A stretch of 24,563 nucleotides of DNA from a virus (taxonomy: Duplodnaviria; Caudoviricetes), in the IMG/VR virus record IMGVR_UViG_3300007541_006062, positions 1 to 24,563 of that record. One strand, given 5' to 3'. Shown here one piece after another: positions 19,059-24,563 of the stretch. The notes beneath the pieces were generated by a model. The model ran no database searches, was not told the origin of the DNA, and worked only from the letters and a program-made list of their open reading frames with translations. Both the position numbers and the translations under genes were made by a program. Positions within the stretch are counted from its first letter, which is position 1, and each line of letters opens with the position of its first letter.

Positions 19059-19319
19059 ATGCCATGGAATATTAAACAAGGCGCAGCTGGATGTAAAGGT
19101 TATGCTGTTATAAAAGAAGGAACAAATGAATTGGTTGGTTGCCATGAAAGTGAAACTAAGGCAAAAGCCCAGCTACGTGCTCTTTATGCTAGCGAAGTGA
19201 ATAAGGCTAACCCTTGCTGGGATGGTTATGAGCAAGTTGGTTGGAAAACAAAGGGCGGTAAAAAGGTACCAAATTGTGTACCAAAAGTTAAAAAAGGAAT
19301 TTTTGGAAGGGGTAAATAA
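19059..19319 (+). CDS. Small basic hypothetical protein (likely start 19059)
   Basis: MPW...GCH..KAKAQLRALYASE, then PCWDGYEQVGWKTKGGKKVPNCVP; stop overlaps the next ATG. Confidence 0.7.
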   Translation: MPWNIKQGAAGCKGYAVIKEGTNELVGCHESETKAKAQLRALYASEVNKANPCWDGYEQVGWKTKGGKKVPNCVPKVKKGIFGRGK

Positions 19320-19936
19320 TGGCTGATTTGGGTACAGCAGAAAAGTTAATTGAAGTTGCTAAAGCAGAGATTGGAACCGTAGAAGGTCCTCGTGACAATG
19401 AAACTAAGTATGGAAAATTTACTAAAGCTAACTTTCAGCCATGGTGCGGATCTTTTGTCATGTGGTGTGCAGACCAAGCTGGAGTAAAAGTGCCAAATAC
19501 TGTTTATACACCCTCTGGAGCAGCAGCATTTAAAAAGGCTGGTCGCTGGCACGATCCTCAGATTGCAGATCCAGAGCCTGGAGACATAGCGTATTTTGAT
19601 TTCCCTGGAGATGGAGTTGAGAGAATCTCACATGTTGGCATTGTTGTTAAAGATAATGAAGACGGAACTGTGTGGTGCATTGAAGGTAATACAACTAGCA
19701 AAAAATCTGGCAGCCAAAGAAACGGTGGAGAGGTTTGTCGCCAACTTCGTGCATATAAAAAGAATAAAAAAGGTGTAATGGTTTCAATAGTAGGCTTTGG
19801 AAGACCTAAATTTAAGGGGGTCAAAGCTGAAACCCCAGCATCTCCAGAGATTCAATCTGCTATTAGCTTGCTAGAAGGAAATGGATATAAGGTAATTAAA
19901 CCTTCTGGTGGTGGGTCAAATAATAAGACTGTATAA
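19319..19936 (+). CDS. CHAP-domain peptidoglycan amidase (endolysin candidate)
   Basis: PWCGSFV (catalytic Cys), PGDI, SHVGIV (His), IEGNT, IVGFGRP. Confidence 0.88.
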   Translation: MADLGTAEKLIEVAKAEIGTVEGPRDNETKYGKFTKANFQPWCGSFVMWCADQAGVKVPNTVYTPSGAAAFKKAGRWHDPQIADPEPGDIAYFDFPGDGVERISHVGIVVKDNEDGTVWCIEGNTTSKKSGSQRNGGEVCRQLRAYKKNKKGVMVSIVGFGRPKFKGVKAETPASPEIQSAISLLEGNGYKVIKPSGGGSNNKTV

Positions 19937-19943
19937 TAAATAA

Positions 19944-20054
19944 ATATACTGTAAAATAGAAGAAGAGTGGGATGTAGTGTGCAGTCACATAGAAGAATTA
20001 ATTGATGGTAAAAAATCAGTTATTAATAAATCTAATGAATTATTGTTAGTTTAA
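19944..20054 (+). pseudogene. Start-less relic resembling the C-terminus of the downstream GPx-like gene
   Basis: Open frame IYCKIEEEWDVVCSHIEELIDGKKSVINKSNELLLV* aligns by eye with KIFEEELAYTKNLIKELSENRISELN. Confidence 0.5.
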
Positions 20055-20067
20055 GGAGAGTAAAAGT

Positions 20068-20904
20068 ATGAAAGAGTTTTCTTGGGAAGCAATGACGGAT
20101 ATCAAATCTATCTATGATATAGATTTAAACGCCGCAGACGGAACCCCAAATTTTTTACAGCAGTTTAAAGGCAAGGCTATAATGCTTGTAAACACAACAG
20201 TTGGTTGCGGAAACGCTAATCAGTTAGAAGTTTTACAGTGGTTGCAAGATGAGTTTGGTGGAGACAAATTTCAAGTAGTTGGCATACCAACTAACGATTA
20301 TTGCGGACCTGGAATTACTAAGGGCAAGTGGTCAGAGGGCATCACATGCGGAATGGACTCTCAAAAGTATGGAGAGGATGTTTACGGAACTACGTTTAAG
20401 TATTCTGAAATGATTTCTTCTAACCCTAACGCTGAAGTTATTGCTCAAGTAAGCACCCACCCAGGGAAAAATGGTGTTGGCCAAGACCTTGGGGAGCCAC
20501 ATGACCTTTATGTTGAAGCTTCTAATCATGCTGCATGGCTTTACTCATATCATAAACAAACTGAAGGCGATGACTACGAATCCGATACAGATCAATATTA
20601 TTCATGGTGGCTTAACCAAAAAGATTCTGGAATAAATATGGGTGGGAACTACGAAAAGTATTTTTTTGACAAAGACGGATACCTTGTAAGACATTTACAT
20701 TGTAATGCATTAAATTATGATGCAGAAAAAACAATTAAAGAATCACATGAGCAGGACGGTAGAAAATTTAAAAGATTCTCGCACTTTGCTAGGTCCTCAA
20801 AGATATTTGAAGAAGAACTCGCATATACAAAAAATTTAATAAAAGAATTATCTGAAAATAGAATTTCAGAATTAAACCCAGCCTTTGGGTTTAAGTGGAA
20901 ATAA
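20068..20904 (+). CDS. Divergent glutathione peroxidase-like protein (Cys type)
   Basis: FKGK..LVNTTVGCG, GIPTNDY, GNYEKYFFDKDG correspond to the three GPx motifs; SD AAGGAG. Confidence 0.75.
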   Translation: MKEFSWEAMTDIKSIYDIDLNAADGTPNFLQQFKGKAIMLVNTTVGCGNANQLEVLQWLQDEFGGDKFQVVGIPTNDYCGPGITKGKWSEGITCGMDSQKYGEDVYGTTFKYSEMISSNPNAEVIAQVSTHPGKNGVGQDLGEPHDLYVEASNHAAWLYSYHKQTEGDDYESDTDQYYSWWLNQKDSGINMGGNYEKYFFDKDGYLVRHLHCNALNYDAEKTIKESHEQDGRKFKRFSHFARSSKIFEEELAYTKNLIKELSENRISELNPAFGFKWK

Positions 20905-20912
20905 TAAAATAG

Positions 20913-20942
20913 TTGACAACCGCTATTTAATTCCTGTATAAT
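20913..20942 (+). promoter_or_regulatory. Consensus sigma70-type promoter for the whiB operon
   Basis: TTGACA-18 nt-TATAAT. Confidence 0.65.
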
Positions 20943-20976
20943 AGTATATAGGTACAAAACAATACAAATTGGACCA

Positions 20977-21210
20977 ATGCTGCACTTATATGAAAATGGG
21001 GTAGAGATACTTCGTAAAAAAATATCAAATAAAAATGTAGATACCTATTGGGATAACTATAATTTTATTATATGGAAAAAAGATATAGGCGGATATTCAA
21101 ATACAGATGGTGTATTTAGAAATAATAGTTGGGGAATAGCAAATACTATCTCAATTAACGATAAAGGGACATGGTCTCTTCCGCTAAAATATGTCAAATA
21201 TTTTAAATAA
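20977..21210 (+). CDS. Hypothetical Trp-rich protein
   Basis: 77-aa ORF right after the promoter. Confidence 0.65.
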   Translation: MLHLYENGVEILRKKISNKNVDTYWDNYNFIIWKKDIGGYSNTDGVFRNNSWGIANTISINDKGTWSLPLKYVKYFK

Positions 21211-21505
21211 TTTAAATACAGATGAAGAGTCTATTAACTGGTGGCATCTAGCTGCCTGTAGAGGTATAGATACTAATTTATTTTTTGATAAATATGAACT
21301 AGATATTAATATAGCTAAAAATATAGATCAAGCATGTTTGTCTTGCCCAGTGATCAACATGTGTTATGAATCTGGAATAGAAAATAATGAGTACGGAGTT
21401 TGGGGCGGAGTATATTTGAGCTCTGGTTCATTGGATAAAATGAGAAATTCTCATAAGACTAAACAAATTTGGGCAGAATTAAAAAAGAGGCACAGTGAAT
21501 TCTAA
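21191..21505 (+). CDS. whiB: WhiB-family Fe-S transcription factor
   Basis: W...AACRG.D.NLFF...ACLSCPV...C...YGVWGG. Confidence 0.92.
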   Translation: MSNILNNLNTDEESINWWHLAACRGIDTNLFFDKYELDINIAKNIDQACLSCPVINMCYESGIENNEYGVWGGVYLSSGSLDKMRNSHKTKQIWAELKKRHSEF

Positions 21506-21815
21506 TTTATATGACAAAGGTCATTTTAAACATGGAGTAAACCTGTGGACTGGTGAACCTAACAAGCCAGTATTTTACAACGAAGAAATGAAAAAGAAAC
21601 TTAGAGAAATAAAGAAGCCACTGCTTCTCATGATGGATGTAGTTAAATATCCAGATTTTCTCGCCTTAAGATTATATGAGGATAACTTTATACAGTTTAC
21701 TGGAAGTAAAAAAGAAGAAGTTATAGATTATGTTATGAAGGTAAAAAAGATGATTGAATCATACGGTGTAAGATGCGAACTTGAGGGGGTTCCTGGTGGA
21801 AAATCAATCAATTAA
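21495..21815 (+). CDS. Hypothetical protein
   Basis: GTG start behind GAGG, overlapping the end of whiB. Confidence 0.7.
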   Translation: MNSNLYDKGHFKHGVNLWTGEPNKPVFYNEEMKKKLREIKKPLLLMMDVVKYPDFLALRLYEDNFIQFTGSKKEEVIDYVMKVKKMIESYGVRCELEGVPGGKSIN

Positions 21816-21954
21816 TGTATATATACAATCAGAACAAGTATACGGCACTGTCGAAAAGATGGGAGCCTTTGCCTCAATGGTAAAATATGAAATAGATGGA
21901 ATCCAATACGAGGAGCTATTGGAAAATGACGATTTGCTTTTTATAGGAGAGTAA
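21796..21954 (+). CDS. Small hypothetical protein (not in ORF track)
   Basis: GTG behind GAGGGGG; MENQSINVYIQSEQVYGTVEKMGAFASMVKYEIDGIQYEELLENDDLLFIGE; fills the gap exactly up to the next ATG. Confidence 0.65.
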   Translation: MENQSINVYIQSEQVYGTVEKMGAFASMVKYEIDGIQYEELLENDDLLFIGE

Positions 21955-22191
21955 ATGGAAAAAATATTGTGCTATTCCTGCAACAAAAGTAAAAATAAAC
22001 TATCGTTAAAACAATCAACTGTTTTAAATATTAATTTATTTTTATGCCAGACATGCATAGACGCTAAATACGAACCAAGATGGGCGGTAATTTTAGCAGG
22101 AAGATCAAACGGACATGACACTGTAAAAGATATTATTCAGAAAAAAAGATATCTTGGAAATGAAATTACAGCGTCTGAATTATTAATTTAG
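21955..22191 (+). CDS. Putative Zn-binding protein
   Basis: CYSC...CQTC; SD AGGAG. Confidence 0.7.
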   Translation: MEKILCYSCNKSKNKLSLKQSTVLNINLFLCQTCIDAKYEPRWAVILAGRSNGHDTVKDIIQKKRYLGNEITASELLI

Positions 22192-22219
22192 TTTAATTAT
22201 AAGGTATAATTGTTACATA

Positions 22220-22543
22220 ATGGAAATTAATTATGTGACAATTGTTTTGTCGCTTTTAGCGGCTGTTTTAAGTGGTATGGGAACTGCTGTAATTGCAGGG
22301 CTTAGAGATTCTAAAAAAGAAAAAATAAGGCGGGAAGAGCGAGAAAAAGACCATCTAAAATTAGAGGTAAAAGACCTAAAAATAGAATTATATCAGTTAG
22401 AAAAAGAATTAAATCAATGGAAGGATAAATATTATTCTTCAATTCAGGAATTAATTGCCCTTAAGGCGGAATTAGAAAATGCCCTGACAATGCTTAATCA
22501 TATAGAAATGCACGAGGAGCTGGACTCGGAATATTTAAAATAG
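22220..22543 (+). CDS. Membrane-anchored coiled-coil protein
   Basis: N-terminal TM segment then Leu heptads; TATAAT at 22205-22210. Confidence 0.75.
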   Translation: MEINYVTIVLSLLAAVLSGMGTAVIAGLRDSKKEKIRREEREKDHLKLEVKDLKIELYQLEKELNQWKDKYYSSIQELIALKAELENALTMLNHIEMHEELDSEYLK

Positions 22544-22556
22544 TAAAATAGGGTAT

Positions 22557-23123
22557 ATGACCTGCATAGTAGCCCTATCTCATGGAAATAAAGTATATCT
22601 TGGCGGAGACTCCGCCGCATCAGATGATAAGTCTGGACTTGTTTTACAAGTAACAGATCCAAAAGTTTTTAAAGTAGGTCAATTTGGTATAGGGTTTGTT
22701 GATAGTTTTAGAATGGGACAGATATTGCAGTACAACTGGACTCCACCAATTTATAAGCCTACTGCAGGATTTAAAAACTTAGACAAGTTCATGCGTACCA
22801 AATTTGTAGAGTCTGTCAAAGAAGCTTACCAGGAAAATGGATACGGAAAATTTGGCTCAAACACCGAAGATGGGGATGAGGGTGGAATTATAATAATTGC
22901 TGTTCAAAACACAGGAAGAATATTTTCTATGGATGTAGACTATCACGTATCAGAGTTAAGTACTGATTATTATGCTGAAGGAAGCGGACAGCAAATAGCG
23001 CTAGGATCACTTGCCTCAACATCTTCTATTAAAACCCCACGTAAACGTGTCAGAATAGCGCTAGAAGCGGCATCAAAATTTATTATGAGCGTAAAACCTC
23101 CCTTTACAATAATAGAGGTATAA
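22557..23123 (+). CDS. HslV/proteasome-beta-like Ntn hydrolase
   Basis: N-terminal Thr nucleophile (M-TCIVA), GGDS, KVFK, AEGSG...ALG. Confidence 0.8.
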   Translation: MTCIVALSHGNKVYLGGDSAASDDKSGLVLQVTDPKVFKVGQFGIGFVDSFRMGQILQYNWTPPIYKPTAGFKNLDKFMRTKFVESVKEAYQENGYGKFGSNTEDGDEGGIIIIAVQNTGRIFSMDVDYHVSELSTDYYAEGSGQQIALGSLASTSSIKTPRKRVRIALEAASKFIMSVKPPFTIIEV

Positions 23124-23137
23124 GGTATAATTCTTTT

Positions 23138-23362
23138 ATGGAAGAACCTAAAGACATTAATGATCTTTATCCAGATTATAGTAGATCAATGGATGTTAGA
23201 GGAGTCCCAACCCATATATGCCCATGCGGATGTGAAGTATGGAACTTAAAAGTAATTTTTTATAACTTTGAGATAGCAAGTTATTTCTTAGACATGGAGT
23301 GTGCCGAATGCGGTACACTTGCAACGGCACCAACGCCTATTGATAGAGACGGATCAGAGTGA
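23138..23362 (+). CDS. Zn-ribbon hypothetical protein
   Basis: CPCGC...CAECG; TATAAT 6 nt upstream. Confidence 0.7.
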   Translation: MEEPKDINDLYPDYSRSMDVRGVPTHICPCGCEVWNLKVIFYNFEIASYFLDMECAECGTLATAPTPIDRDGSE

Positions 23363-23529
23363 GAAACAGAGATAGAATAAACCAGCTTGAACTTGAATTG
23401 TATAAGCTTAGAATAGAAATAGATTTAATGCATGAAATTATGCACGGATTTGTTCAAGCACAAGAATTAAAGTCACAAAATATGGATGCTGGAAAATGGT
23501 ATCCACGTAGACTGCCACCACAACAATAA
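23359..23529 (+). CDS. Small hypothetical protein (not in ORF track)
   Basis: GTGA overlap; MRNRDRINQLELELYKLRIEIDLMHEIMHGFVQAQELKSQNMDAGKWYPRRLPPQQ. Confidence 0.6.
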   Translation: MRNRDRINQLELELYKLRIEIDLMHEIMHGFVQAQELKSQNMDAGKWYPRRLPPQQ

Positions 23530-23532
23530 CTA

Positions 23533-23561
23533 TTGACAGTAATCGCATAATTTAGTAATAT
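23533..23561 (+). promoter_or_regulatory. Promoter for a leaderless subtilisin transcript
   Basis: TTGACA-17 nt-TAATAT, 6 nt before the ATG. Confidence 0.6.
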
Positions 23562-23567
23562 TATCTT

Positions 23568-24482
23568 ATGAAAAAGATACTTGTTATTACTATTTTGATA
23601 TTACTATTTCCAATTCAATATGGTTCAAAGGCAAGTTCTAATACTGGATCTTTAGCTATTATAGATACAGCGTTGGATACCTCTATTTTAGATATTAAAG
23701 AAAAAGTTATTCATGAAGTATGCATACTAGATGGACCATACTGTTCAAACGGTAAATCTTTTATGGAGGGGCCTAAAGCAGCCTCATTACCAGACAAAAT
23801 AATAAGATCTAATGGGTTTAAACATGGAACTCAAATGACATCTGTTGCCATAAAGTCAAATAGTGATTTAAATATAGTTTTTATCAGAATAATAGGACAC
23901 TATAACAATGGTTCAAGAAGACCTACTACCTCTAAAACCCTACCTAATGCACTTAAGTGGGTATTAGATAACCACAAACAATATAATATAAAAGCTGTTT
24001 CTATGTCGCAGGGCAGCCACAACTTTGGTAAAAAATATAAAAACTATTGCCCTTTTACTGTAAATAATTATTATATTCAGTACCTACTGGCTAGAGGCAT
24101 ACCAGTATTTTTACCAGCTGGCAATCAGTCTGATCATAGCAGAATAGATTGGCCAGCCTGCATACCAGAGGCTGTAGCAGTAGGAGGTTATGAAGATGAC
24201 GGTACGGTTTCTGAATATAGTAATTATGATAAGACTCTAATAGACGTGTGGGAAAAGATAAACTACAATGTTGTTAGCCCAGGAGGGGTAGAGGAGAAGC
24301 AAAAGGGTACCTCTATTTCTACTCAAATTGCAGCAGCAAATTTTATAAAAATATTAAATAGATATCCAGAATATAATGTAAAGGATATAAATAAATTAAT
24401 TTATAGCAACATGTATCAAATAACTAACTCTAAAGGGATGTTAGGAAAAGTAATAGATATGGATAAAATTATAAATGGGTAA
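23568..24482 (+). CDS. Secreted subtilisin-like S8 serine protease
   Basis: Signal peptide; catalytic AIIDT, HGT, oxyanion AGN, GTS. Confidence 0.88.
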   Translation: MKKILVITILILLFPIQYGSKASSNTGSLAIIDTALDTSILDIKEKVIHEVCILDGPYCSNGKSFMEGPKAASLPDKIIRSNGFKHGTQMTSVAIKSNSDLNIVFIRIIGHYNNGSRRPTTSKTLPNALKWVLDNHKQYNIKAVSMSQGSHNFGKKYKNYCPFTVNNYYIQYLLARGIPVFLPAGNQSDHSRIDWPACIPEAVAVGGYEDDGTVSEYSNYDKTLIDVWEKINYNVVSPGGVEEKQKGTSISTQIAAANFIKILNRYPEYNVKDINKLIYSNMYQITNSKGMLGKVIDMDKIING

Positions 24483-24486
24483 TAAT

Positions 24487-24563
24487 ATGACAGTTTTAGA
24501 AGAAATTATTAAAGAGGTTTCTGCTTCTCTTTATCAAAAATGGTACAACGCTTTACCAGAAAA
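24487..24563 (+). CDS. Hypothetical protein, truncated by window end
   Basis: Open frame MTVLEEIIKEVSASLYQKWYNALPE runs to the edge. Confidence 0.5.
   Translation, partial: MTVLEEIIKEVSASLYQKWYNALPE

Noticed and set aside
20068-20904. Selenocysteine or stop-codon recoding
   Set aside because: The GPx active-site codon is TGC. Genes read intact under the standard code, TAA/TAG/TGA are all used as stops, and there is no suppressor tRNA.

Overview
A 24.6-kb piece of a large AT-rich tailed dsDNA phage genome. Every credible gene lies on the + strand. In order: a replication/recombination block (primase end, gp32-like SSB, DnaE, MazG-like enzyme, RecA, two resolvase-like nucleases, a bacterial-type SSB, a Cas4-like exonuclease); a methyltransferase and small regulators; terminase; five tRNAs interleaved with stress genes (AhpC, AhpD, an SDR, Hsp20); a large secreted PA14/coiled-coil/Pro-rich protein followed by small membrane proteins, a lipoprotein and a CHAP amidase; a glutathione-peroxidase-like gene; WhiB; an HslV/Ntn-type protease; and a subtilisin. 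WhiB, the mycobacterial-type AhpC/AhpD pair, a short-arm tRNA-Leu(TAA) and apparently leaderless genes point to an actinobacterial host (inference). Top leads: a ROSE-like RNA thermometer over the hsp20 SD; a separately promoted intergenic RNA with a compact H-type pseudoknot; the PA14 surface-protein/membrane module; tRNAs for AUA/AGA/UUA codons, two of them fused to an identical RBS cassette; and a relic of a second GPx gene. All calls are from motif recognition by eye; no searches were run.
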